Assembly (NCBI GenBank): GCA_964621395.1
Contig: CAZULS010000002.1
Coordinates: forward strand, 87,306-151,305
Direction of reading: 5' to 3'
Source of the DNA: an uncultured Candidatus Saccharibacteria bacterium
GTDB lineage: Bacteria; Patescibacteriota; Minisyncoccia; Phycocordibacterales; JACNGX01
Length of the DNA: 64,000 bases
Of this stretch, positions 1 to 8,178 are shown one piece after another. Both the position numbers and the translations under genes were made by a program. The notes beneath the pieces are model-generated. The model saw nothing but the letters and a program-made list of their open reading frames with translations. It had not been told where the DNA came from and did no database searches. Every line of letters begins with the position of its first letter. Position 1 is the stretch's first letter.

Positions 1-1362
1 CAGCGCGCTCTCGTGGAGAACGAATCGGCACGATCGTATCTGTATAAACGCGGCGTAAAGCCGGAGACACTGAAGGCATTTCGTATCGGCTTTGCTCCCG
101 ATTCGTGGGACGCTATTCTCACCCATCTTTCTTCTCTCGGATATACCGCCGAAGAGATTGAGGCAATTGGTCTTGTGAAGATATCCCAGAAGCCGGGGCA
201 TGCATCGCATTATGATCGTTTTCGGAGCAGAATTATGTTTCCGATTACCGATACGGCCGGCAGGGTGATTGGATTTTCCGGGCGTATCTTTGGTGAAGAT
301 AACGCTGAGGCGGCAAAGTATATCAATTCACCGGAAACCGATATCTACAAAAAGTCACACGTTCTTTTCGGATTCGATAAAGCACGCACCGCACTAAGAG
401 AGAAAAAGCGAATTGTCATAGTGGAAGGGCAGATGGATTTACTGTTGTGTCACCAGGCAGGATATGTCGAGACCGTTGCGCTTTCCGGGACGGCGCTCAC
501 TCCAGAGCAAGTGACAATGATGGAGCGACTCACGAAGGAGGTGATTTTTGCTTTTGATGGCGATAGTGCCGGTATTGCGGCAGCCGAGCGCTCCGCCCGC
601 ATCGGACTCTCCGCCGGGTTGGATGTGCGTATGGTGGAGCTTCCGGAAGGGAAAGATCCGGCTGATGTGATTGGGGAGAATGCCGAAGAATGGGAAAAGA
701 TTCTCTCGCAAGCACCGCATATTATCGACTTCTTCACCGCACGATGGAAAAAAGAGGGAAGTGATATGCGACAATCGGCGCTTTTGGTCTCCGAGCATGT
801 GGTACCGCTTATAGCGCTCATACCCAATGCCTTGGAGCAAGATCACTTTGTTCAATTGACTGCCGGGGCGCTTTCAACATCACCTGATGCGGTTCGTGCG
901 GAAGTAGAGAAACATGAGTCCACTCCCAGGAATCACGTGTCTACACAGCAAAAAGAGAAGGATGCGCGCGCCGGTGAGAGCAATGCAACAAAACGCGCGT
1001 TGCACGAAGAATATATGATTGGTATTCTCGAATGGCAAAAGAGCGCTGAAGAGCAAGGAATCGTGCCCGAAGAAGCGTTCACGCGCATGAATGAGATATT
1101 GGAAGGGGAGAGCGTGTCGTTTGATTCGTATGATGAGACCACGCGCACCCGGCTTGCCTTTGAAGCTGAAGAGCGCTGTGTGCAGGGAGACGTGTCACCG
1201 AAGGACGAATGGGAAGAGCAATTTATTCTCTGGAAGAGAGCGATTCTCTCCGAAAGAAAAGAGTCGGTGACCAAAGCGCTCGAAGAGGCACGCTTTAGCG
1301 GAGCCGACACTTCGGAGCTTATGAAAACATTTCAGGATATCATTCGCGCAGAGGAAACATAA
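1..1362 (+). CDS. dnaG: DNA primase DnaG, C-terminal portion (5' end lies upstream of window)
   Basis: Contains the TOPRIM motif IVIVEGQMDLL...FDGDSAGIAAAERS. The reading frame is open from nt 1 and stops at 1362. It sits directly upstream of rpoD, as in the canonical dnaG-rpoD pair. Confidence 0.85.
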   Translation, partial: QRALVENESARSYLYKRGVKPETLKAFRIGFAPDSWDAILTHLSSLGYTAEEIEAIGLVKISQKPGHASHYDRFRSRIMFPITDTAGRVIGFSGRIFGEDNAEAAKYINSPETDIYKKSHVLFGFDKARTALREKKRIVIVEGQMDLLLCHQAGYVETVALSGTALTPEQVTMMERLTKEVIFAFDGDSAGIAAAERSARIGLSAGLDVRMVELPEGKDPADVIGENAEEWEKILSQAPHIIDFFTARWKKEGSDMRQSALLVSEHVVPLIALIPNALEQDHFVQLTAGALSTSPDAVRAEVEKHESTPRNHVSTQQKEKDARAGESNATKRALHEEYMIGILEWQKSAEEQGIVPEEAFTRMNEILEGESVSFDSYDETTRTRLAFEAEERCVQGDVSPKDEWEEQFILWKRAILSERKESVTKALEEARFSGADTSELMKTFQDIIRAEET

Positions 1363-1363
1363 A

Positions 1364-1507
1364 TACGCGAATTACGAATATGATACGAATATACGAATTA
1401 CGAATACTCCGTCTGCTGTCATTCCGGACTTGATCCGGAATCTACAGGGTTATATAACCCACTCACTTCTGCCTGGATTCCTGGTCACCAGAGCCAGGAA
1501 TGACAAG
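1364..1507. repeat. Composite intergenic repeat: A-type TACGAA-rich arm followed by a B-type hairpin element (GTCATTCCGGACTTGATCCGGAATC ... CCAGGAATGACA)
   Basis: CGAATTACGAATATGATACGAATATACGAATTACGAATACT is followed by two perfect hairpins. The same families recur more than 15 times in the window. Confidence 0.6.
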
Positions 1508-1555
1508 ATATTTTTTAAGTTTATCGTTTATAGTTAATAGTTCATCGTTTCCCAT

Positions 1556-2974
1556 ATGTCCACATCCACATCAAAAAAGAAGACAGCGAAGAAACCCTCA
1601 GTGAAGAAGGCGGTAAAAAAGGCGCCGAAAAAAGCACCGGCAAAGCCTAAACAGAAGCAAGCTTCTGTCGGCCAGAGAAAAGCGACGAAAAAGACAACAA
1701 CAAAAAAGACGGCGAAAAAACCTACCGTAAAAAAGGTGGCGAAGCCTAAACGCCAGCAAGCTGGCGTCGGCCGCGGAAAAGCTCCTGCGAAAAAGGCGAC
1801 GGTCAAAAAAACTGCTTCAAAGAAGGTGACTAAGAAGCCGGTGAAAAAGACTGTAGCAAAAAAAGCACCGGCAAAGAAAGCAGCAAAAAAAGTGGTGCCG
1901 AAAAAGCTCACTCCCAAAGATAAAGCGATGTACGAACGTGCGGATGCTCTCCTTGCCAAAGGAAAAGAGCGCGGCTTTGTGACGTACAGCGAAATCCTCA
2001 AAGAGTATCCCGATATTGAGCGCAACATCATCTTTCTTGAGGAGCTGTATGATATGTTTGGAGAGGCGGGCGTGGATGTGCTTGAAGGAGGAAATCTTCT
2101 TGAAGATTTGGATGACTCGCTCGACGAGAAGAATATTCCGCACGATGCCTCATACGATTCCGTGCAGATGTATTTGCGCGAAATTGGTCAGTATCCGCTC
2201 ATCAATGCTGCCAAAGAGCGCGAATTGGCGCAGCGCATTGAGAAGGGCGATGAAGAAGCAAAAGGACTTCTTGTGCGTGCCAATCTCCGACTCGTGGTTT
2301 CCATTGCCAAAAAATATGTTGGCCGTAGTCCGGATTTGACACTCCTTGACCTCATTCAAGAGGGGAATATTGGTCTCTTCAAGGCGGTGGAAAAATTCGA
2401 TTGGTCCAAGGGTTTCAAATTTTCCACGTATGCGACCTGGTGGATTCGCCAGGCGGTGACTCGTGCGCTTGCGGATCAATCACGCACCATTCGTATTCCG
2501 GTGCACATGGTGGAGACGATTGCGAAGTATAAGCAGGTGGTGAAGCGCTTGACCCAGGACCTCGGACGTGAACCGATGCCGGAAGAGATTGCCACCGAGA
2601 TGAATATCGATGTGGAGAAGGTACATCAGATTCGCACCATCAATCAAGACACTGTCTCACTTGAAAAGCCGATTGGTGATGAAGAAGATTCGGTGCTTTC
2701 CGATTTTATCCCCGACGACAAAATGCTTTCCCCTGATGCCGAAACTGCACGCAATATTTTGCGCGAGCAGGTGATTGAAATTCTCAACGACCTCTCACCC
2801 AAAGAGCGCAAGATTTTGGAAATGCGCCACGGACTCTCCGATGGTGTCATGCATACGCTTGAAGAGGTGGGCCGTGAATTCGGCGTGACTCGTGAGCGTA
2901 TTCGCCAAATCGAAGCAAAAGCACATGAAAAGATTCGTCAGCATGAGAAGGCGGCGAAGTTGAAAAATTATTAA
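1556..2974 (+). CDS. rpoD: RNA polymerase sigma-70 factor RpoD with lysine/alanine-rich histone-H1-like N-terminal extension
   Basis: Region 2.x-4 motifs [40 protein letters not shown]. The N-terminal ~120 aa are AKKP/KKTAKK repeats. The ATG at 1556 is preceded by the GTTTATCGTTTATAGTTAATAGTTCATCGTTT motif. Confidence 0.9.
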   Translation: MSTSTSKKKTAKKPSVKKAVKKAPKKAPAKPKQKQASVGQRKATKKTTTKKTAKKPTVKKVAKPKRQQAGVGRGKAPAKKATVKKTASKKVTKKPVKKTVAKKAPAKKAAKKVVPKKLTPKDKAMYERADALLAKGKERGFVTYSEILKEYPDIERNIIFLEELYDMFGEAGVDVLEGGNLLEDLDDSLDEKNIPHDASYDSVQMYLREIGQYPLINAAKERELAQRIEKGDEEAKGLLVRANLRLVVSIAKKYVGRSPDLTLLDLIQEGNIGLFKAVEKFDWSKGFKFSTYATWWIRQAVTRALADQSRTIRIPVHMVETIAKYKQVVKRLTQDLGREPMPEEIATEMNIDVEKVHQIRTINQDTVSLEKPIGDEEDSVLSDFIPDDKMLSPDAETARNILREQVIEILNDLSPKERKILEMRHGLSDGVMHTLEEVGREFGVTRERIRQIEAKAHEKIRQHEKAAKLKNY

Positions 2975-3010
2975 GCGAACGATAAACTTTAAACGATAAA
3001 CGATAAAACA

Positions 3011-3069
3011 AAAAACACGAGTTTTTGCCCCGCGAAGCCTTGGCGGAGTGGGGTGAGCCCGTGTTTTTT
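3011..3069 (+). terminator. Intrinsic terminator downstream of rpoD (AAAACACG...CGTGTTTT stem enclosing a family-H hairpin)
   Basis: Inverted repeat AAAACACGAG ... CCCGTGTTTTTTGTG, with a T-run after the 3' arm. Confidence 0.5.
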
Positions 3070-3081
3070 GTGTATAGAAAT

Positions 3082-3120
3082 AAAAAGCGGCGAGATGTTT
3101 TTTAAGGACATCTCCCGCTT
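3082..3120 (-). terminator. Intrinsic terminator for minus-strand gene 3142..3549
   Basis: AAGCGGCGAGATG ... CATCTCCCGCTT hairpin. Read on the minus strand it is followed by a T-run, immediately 3' of the gene. Confidence 0.45.
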
Positions 3121-3141
3121 GAGAGGCTTGTGCCGAACTAA

Positions 3142-3549
3142 TTACCATGTGCAGACCGTAAGAATTTTATTGGGCCCGCATACGGCATTGTTTTGGACGA
3201 TAATTTTTTCTGCCGTAATTAGAACGAGGTCATCAGTCACAGGACTAAGACGGAGTCCTACCGTCTCTTCTTTACCGGAAAAGTAGATTTGCGTGTCAAG
3301 AGAGAAACGAGACTGCCATGTTTTTGTATATGTTATCCTGCAGATGTCTCCCGATTCTACAACTTCCCCGCGTAGCACATTTGCACCAGCTGAAGCTAGT
3401 ATGTTTCTAAGGAAGAAGGCGCTCATCGAGCCCCAGGTACGGTGCACCCTTATAGTAAGATGATTTTTGTCGTCCAGTGCGGCTTTCAATCTTGTGAGTA
3501 TGTCCGACGTGTTTAGATCCGTTACTTTTGTCCAAGTATTGTCTTCCAT
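3142..3549 (-). CDS. hypothetical protein (135 aa)
   Basis: Clean ORF with its own downstream terminator. I recognise no family. Confidence 0.45.
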   Translation of the reverse strand: MEDNTWTKVTDLNTSDILTRLKAALDDKNHLTIRVHRTWGSMSAFFLRNILASAGANVLRGEVVESGDICRITYTKTWQSRFSLDTQIYFSGKEETVGLRLSPVTDDLVLITAEKIIVQNNAVCGPNKILTVCTW

Positions 3550-3616
3550 TATTTTTTCTCCGGATGAGGTTCTTGTTGACCAAAATCAATATATATTATA
3601 GTATTGTCAATACCAT

Positions 3617-4924
3617 ATGCAGAAAGGCCTCACAAAACGTCTTGTGCGTGATATATCAAAGGGGAAAGGGGAGCCGGCGTGGATGCGGGAGTGCCGCTTC
3701 GCCGGTTTTTCCGCGTATCAGAAGATGGATATGCCGAAGTGGGGTCCGGATCTCTCAAAGCTCAATCTGAAAGACATTTCTTTCTATACGCCGGCGCCTG
3801 TTGGTGAAGCAGACACATGGGAGGGTGTGCCCGAGGATGTGCGTAAGCCGTTTGAGAAAGCGGGTGTGGCGAAAGAAAAAGACATGGGCGGAAGCGGTGC
3901 GCAATTTGATTCGGGTGTGGTGTATCATCACATTAAAGAAACGCTCACTCGCCAAGGGGTGATATTTATGAATATGGACAGTGCGCTTCGTGAGCATGAG
4001 ACACTGGTGCGGGAATATTTTGGCTCGGTGGTGCGTCCCGATGAGCATATCTTCACCGCCGCACACTATGCGGCAACGAGCGGCGGGACCTTTGTGTATG
4101 TGCCCAAGGGTGTGCGCGTGTCACTTCCTCTTCAGGCGTTTTTCTGGATGAATAGTGACGGGGGTGGACAATTTGAACACACGCTGATCGTTGCCGATGA
4201 GGGCTCGTCGGTCACCTATATCGAAGGATGCGGATCGCCGGCATATCGCAATGCCGCACTTCACGCAGGTGTGGTGGAAGTGATTGTGAAGAAGAATGCA
4301 TCGGTGGAATATATTAGCATTGAGAACTGGGCGAAAAATACCTACAATCTCAACACCAAACGTGCGCATGTGGAAGAAGGAGGATCGATAAAGTGGCTCG
4401 GAGGAAATATGGGCGCCGGTGTGACCATGCTGTATCCGACATCTGTTCTGAAAGGGAAAGGGGCACGGGCTCATCACGAGTCTGTGGCTGTGGCAGGGAG
4501 TGGCCAGGTGCAGGATACCGGTGGACGAGTGATTCATGCTGCGGCTGAGACATCCTCGACTTTGCATTCGCGAAGCGTGGTGCGCGAAGGGGGAGTATCG
4601 AATTTTCGCGGACATGTGGAAGTGAAAGAAGAGGCCTCAGGTGCACTTTCCTCTATGGTATGTGATTCGCTCATGCTCGATAATGATTCATCTTCGGCGT
4701 CGTATCCGGTCGTTGCTTCAAAGCGGAGTGATGTGGAGCTTTCGCATGAGGCACGGATTGGCTCGGTGGGGGAAGAAGAACTTTTCTACGCAGCAACGCG
4801 CGGTCTTTCAGAGAAGGAGGCCGTCCGGCTTATCGTGGGCGGATTTGTGCAGCCCGTCATCCGTGCCATTCCGATGGAATATGCACTTGAGTTTAATCGT
4901 CTGTTGGATGAGGAATTTAAGTGA
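3617..4924 (+). CDS. sufB: Fe-S cluster assembly protein SufB (SufB/SufD family)
   Basis: Motifs VTYIEGCGSPAY...NTKRAHVEEGGSIKWLGGNMG are typical of SufB/SufD beta-helix proteins. It is the first gene of a suf cluster. Confidence 0.8.
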   Translation: MQKGLTKRLVRDISKGKGEPAWMRECRFAGFSAYQKMDMPKWGPDLSKLNLKDISFYTPAPVGEADTWEGVPEDVRKPFEKAGVAKEKDMGGSGAQFDSGVVYHHIKETLTRQGVIFMNMDSALREHETLVREYFGSVVRPDEHIFTAAHYAATSGGTFVYVPKGVRVSLPLQAFFWMNSDGGGQFEHTLIVADEGSSVTYIEGCGSPAYRNAALHAGVVEVIVKKNASVEYISIENWAKNTYNLNTKRAHVEEGGSIKWLGGNMGAGVTMLYPTSVLKGKGARAHHESVAVAGSGQVQDTGGRVIHAAAETSSTLHSRSVVREGGVSNFRGHVEVKEEASGALSSMVCDSLMLDNDSSSASYPVVASKRSDVELSHEARIGSVGEEELFYAATRGLSEKEAVRLIVGGFVQPVIRAIPMEYALEFNRLLDEEFK

Positions 4925-4928
4925 CAAA

Positions 4929-5043
4929 TACTCTAGGTTAAACCTAGAAAACAAGTACCGATAGCAAAGAGAAAAACATTTTTCAACAGGACAATAGATT
5001 TTTGATATAAAATAACGATATTTTCTAGGTTTAACCTAGAGTA
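4929..5043. repeat. MITE-like element with perfect 23 bp terminal inverted repeats TACTCTAGGTTAAACCTAGAAAA / TTTTCTAGGTTTAACCTAGAGTA (family G)
   Basis: Perfect TIRs flank ~70 bp of AT-rich DNA between sufB and sufS. Confidence 0.6.
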
Positions 5044-5051
5044 AACACTGT

Positions 5052-6272
5052 ATGACACATATTGACACTAAAAAAATTAAATCCGATTTCCCTATCTTCG
5101 GAAACATGCCGGAAGGTTTTGCGTATCTCGACAATGCGGCAACAAGCCAAACCCCGCAGTGCGTGATTGATGCGCTTACGAAATACTACACTCATGAACG
5201 CGCCAATATTCATCGTGGCTCATACGCGCTTGCTGAAAAGGCGACGGCTCGATATGAAGAAGCACGTGAACGCATTGCTGATTTTATCGGTGCAGAGAAA
5301 GAGGAGATTGTGATAAGCGGCGGGGCAACACTTGCCTCTAATATGCTCATACTCATGCTTGAGGCCGCCCACACCTATCGCGCGGGAGAGGAGATTGTAA
5401 CGACTGTCTCCGAGCATCATTCATTGCTTGTGCCTCTCCAGGAGCTTGCTGAGCGCAAAGGCATGAACCTACGCTTCGCGCCTCTTTGTGAGGGTGGTAT
5501 GGTTGATGAAAAGGAAATGAAAAAGCTCATCACGCGGAAGACGCGCATCGTGGCTATGAGCATGGCAAGTAATGTGACAGGCGCGGTGATGCCATATGAG
5601 AGAGTGATGCATGCGGCAAAGGAGGCGGGTGCTATCGGTATCTTGGATGGCACGGCATATGTTGGTCATGCGCCGCTGTCTGTGGGTGAGATGTCGGCGG
5701 ATGCAATGTTTTTCTCAGGGCATAAGATGTGCGGGCCGATAGGTGTAGGGATTTTGTATATGAAAGATTCGCTGATGAGGAGATTGCGCCCGGTCTTTTT
5801 TGGCGGCGGTATCGTGGAAGAGGTTACAAAGAGTGGTGCACGATGCACTGATGCGCCGTATAAATTTGAAGCGGGAACTCAGCCGATTGCGGAAGTGATT
5901 GGATTGGGGGAAGCAGCTACGTATCTTTCCGGTATCGGGCTTGAATCTATTTCCGCGCATGTCCGTGAGCTTGTGGATTATGCACGTGCCGAGATTGGGA
6001 ATATTCAAGGCGTGAAGATCTACGCTGCACCGGCGGAAAAGAACATTGGTATTGTGTCGTTTACGGTTTCAAATATTCATCCGCATGACATTGCGCATAT
6101 TGCAGGAGAGGAGGGAGTGGCACTTCGTGCCGGGCATCACTGCGCGGAGCCATTGGTGCGAGAGCTTGGAGAGGTGGCGACTGCCCGCGCGAGTTTTTAT
6201 CTGTATAATACAAAGGAGGATGTCGATGCACTCGTGCGTGCAATTAAAAAAGCCCAGCACATATTCACATGA
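5052..6272 (+). CDS. sufS: cysteine desulfurase SufS (class V aminotransferase)
   Basis: PLP-lysine region SGHKMCGPIGVGILY and a C-terminal RAGHHCA motif. 406 aa. Confidence 0.85.
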   Translation: MTHIDTKKIKSDFPIFGNMPEGFAYLDNAATSQTPQCVIDALTKYYTHERANIHRGSYALAEKATARYEEARERIADFIGAEKEEIVISGGATLASNMLILMLEAAHTYRAGEEIVTTVSEHHSLLVPLQELAERKGMNLRFAPLCEGGMVDEKEMKKLITRKTRIVAMSMASNVTGAVMPYERVMHAAKEAGAIGILDGTAYVGHAPLSVGEMSADAMFFSGHKMCGPIGVGILYMKDSLMRRLRPVFFGGGIVEEVTKSGARCTDAPYKFEAGTQPIAEVIGLGEAATYLSGIGLESISAHVRELVDYARAEIGNIQGVKIYAAPAEKNIGIVSFTVSNIHPHDIAHIAGEEGVALRAGHHCAEPLVRELGEVATARASFYLYNTKEDVDALVRAIKKAQHIFT

Positions 6273-6274
6273 TT

Positions 6275-6362
6275 GGGTACGAAGTACGAATCAATACGAA
6301 CATACGAAGACAGGGCCTGGAAAAGTAATGTTCGTATGTTCGTACTCGTTCGTAGTTCGTAA
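6275..6362. repeat. A-family palindromic element GGGTACGAAGTACGAATCAATACGAACATACGAAG...TTCGTATGTTCGTACTCGTTCGTAGTTCGTAA
   Basis: Imperfect inverted repeat of TACGAA hexamer arrays. It starts 3 nt after the sufS stop and ends 5 nt before the sufU start. A near-identical copy lies at 6728..6816. Confidence 0.7.
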
Positions 6363-6366
6363 TCAT

Positions 6367-6726
6367 ATGTATAATTTATACCACGAAGAAATTATGGAAC
6401 ATGCGCGCAACCCTCTTCATAAAGGGGTGTGTGAGGACGCGACCCATACACATAAGGGTGTGAATGCAGGATGCGGTGACGAGATTTCTCTTTCTGTGAA
6501 AGTCTCTGACGGTATCATTGAAAGTATGTGCTTTGATGGAGAAGGATGTGCGCTTTCCGTGGCTGCGTGTGATATGCTTTCCGGTGTGGTGAAAGGCAAA
6601 AGGGTGGAGGATGTGCTTTGTATGTCGCCGAAGGACATCTATGATATGCTTGGTGTTTCGGTGACGCCATCGCGAACGAATTGCGCTCTCTTGGGTTTAA
6701 GAACACTGCATAAGATGCTAAGGTAG
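6367..6726 (+). CDS. sufU: Fe-S cluster scaffold SufU/IscU-like (NifU N-terminal domain)
   Basis: GCGDEISLSV...FDGEGCALSVAA cysteine motifs. The longer predicted ORF (6046..) merely translates the upstream A repeat. Confidence 0.8.
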   Translation: MYNLYHEEIMEHARNPLHKGVCEDATHTHKGVNAGCGDEISLSVKVSDGIIESMCFDGEGCALSVAACDMLSGVVKGKRVEDVLCMSPKDIYDMLGVSVTPSRTNCALLGLRTLHKMLR

Positions 6727-6727
6727 C

Positions 6728-6816
6728 GGGTACGAAGTACGAATCAATACGAACATACGAAGACAGGGTCTGGAAAAGTAATGTTCGTATGTTCGTACTC
6801 GTTCGTAGTTCGTAAC
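6728..6816. repeat. A-family palindromic element, second copy
   Basis: Differs from 6275..6362 by one substitution. It fills the sufU-sufC spacer. Confidence 0.7.
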
Positions 6817-6819
6817 TAT

Positions 6820-7563
6820 ATGATTTTTTCTACACACAATATTCATATCACGACAAAGGACGGTACTGAAGTGGTTTCGGGTGTGTCGCTTGAGCTTGAA
6901 AAAGGGAAGTGTGCGGTGCTCATGGGGAAAAACGGATCCGGTAAGAGCTCGTTTGTCCTTGGATGTATGGGTCATCCGCGATATGCCATTACGGAAGGGT
7001 CGGTGCAGGTGAGCGGTATGGAGATAACCACTCTCCCTACACACGAACGCGCACGAAACGGCATGTTTCTTTCTCCGCAAGCATCCCCGGCTATTTCGGG
7101 TGTTGCACTTGGGTCATTTATCCGGTCTGCCGATACCCATCTTCATCCGAAGCATGAGCATACACCACTTGCATTTCATACAGAGCTCACCAAGAAAGCG
7201 ACGGAGGCAGGTTTTGATGCCGAGCTCCTCTCTCGTGGTGTGAATACTGAGCTTTCAGGAGGACAGAAAAAACAAACCGAGATTATACAGCTTCTTGCAC
7301 TTGCACCGAAGGTTGCGCTTCTTGATGAGATTGATTCAGGTGTTGATATTGAAACACTCAATGCCGTATGCGAGAGTATTCGAAAGGCATGTGAAAAGGG
7401 CACGGCAGTTCTCGTGGTAACGCATAATCCGGAAGTGGTGAAGAAACTTTCTCCCAACCGTGTGTACGTTATGGATGGGGGGAGAATCGTTGCTTCAGGT
7501 GATGCTTCGCTTGCGGAGAAAGTGAAAGATGAAGGGTTTGGCGGAGTGGAGGGAGAGACATAA
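6820..7563 (+). CDS. sufC: Fe-S cluster assembly ATPase SufC
   Basis: Walker A GKNGSGKSS, ABC signature LSGGQKK and Walker B LLDEIDSG. The start is at the ATG that follows the repeat. Confidence 0.85.
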   Translation: MIFSTHNIHITTKDGTEVVSGVSLELEKGKCAVLMGKNGSGKSSFVLGCMGHPRYAITEGSVQVSGMEITTLPTHERARNGMFLSPQASPAISGVALGSFIRSADTHLHPKHEHTPLAFHTELTKKATEAGFDAELLSRGVNTELSGGQKKQTEIIQLLALAPKVALLDEIDSGVDIETLNAVCESIRKACEKGTAVLVVTHNPEVVKKLSPNRVYVMDGGRIVASGDASLAEKVKDEGFGGVEGET

Positions 7564-7570
7564 GGGTACG

Positions 7571-7729
7571 CCTAGCCCGTGCCGAGCCACGGTCGGCCTA
7601 GGGAACTACGAACGAGTACGAACATACGAAACGTACCTTTACTGTCATTCCTTGCTTGACCAGGAATCTACAGGGTTATATGACCCACTCACTTCTGCCT
7701 GGACGGGATGACAAAAGAGAGGGATGACA
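7571..7729. repeat. Composite repeat: family-I hairpin (GCCTAGCCCGTGCCGAGCCACGGTCGGCCTAGGG), A-left arm, B-type hairpins
   Basis: The family-I sequence recurs at 46259..46291. The B hairpins are GTCATTCCTTGCTTGACCAGGAATC and others. Confidence 0.6.
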
Positions 7730-7772
7730 ACACATAGTTTATCGTTAATCGTTTATAGTGTATCGTTTACAT

Positions 7773-8075
7773 ATGCCACACACAGAAGACATACGAGAAG
7801 CGCTTAAAGAGGTGAAAGATCCGGAGCTTGATATTGATATTGTCACGCTCGGGCTTATTCGTGAGATTGCCATCGATGAAGAAAAGGAAGGAGAGGTGCC
7901 GGGTGTGGAGATAACGATGACCCTTACCACACCGCTGTGTCCTTTTGCCGATTCACTCATTGAGGCAGTGGAAGACACGCTCACAAAGCTTGGATTTGAA
8001 AATACTCGAGTAGAGCTTTCTTTTGATCCTCCGTGGGAACCGCCGGCAGATATTCGCACTATGTTGGGGGTGTAG
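7773..8075 (+). CDS. sufT: Fe-S assembly SufT-like protein (DUF59/MIP18 family)
   Basis: LTTPLCPFADSL motif of DUF59. I chose the ATG at 7773, which follows the TATCGTTTAC motif. The ORF track starts at a GTG at 7758. Confidence 0.7.
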   Translation: MPHTEDIREALKEVKDPELDIDIVTLGLIREIAIDEEKEGEVPGVEITMTLTTPLCPFADSLIEAVEDTLTKLGFENTRVELSFDPPWEPPADIRTMLGV

Positions 8076-8178
8076 AAAAAAGTTTCGAGTTGCGAGTTAC
8101 AAGTTACGAGAAGGGTGCGCTTGCGCGCACCTGGCAAATCAACAAACGGGCGGCACCGAAGGTGCCGCCCGTTTGTTG

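Noticed and set aside
1534-2031. 165 aa minus-strand ORF rich in Phe, antisense to the rpoD 5' end.
   Set aside because: It is the mirror image of the lysine (AAA/AAG) repeat tract of rpoD.
6046-6366. 5' extensions of sufU (6046..), sufC (6781..), the exonuclease (..34298), PBP2 (31150 GTG), trpS (62263 TTG), the acyltransferase gene (58818) and dnaJ (57436) in the ORF track.
   Set aside because: The extensions translate family A/B/D/F repeats, start at non-ATG codons inside the repeats, and lack homology. Real starts were placed at the first ATG after the repeat, consistent with protein family N-termini.
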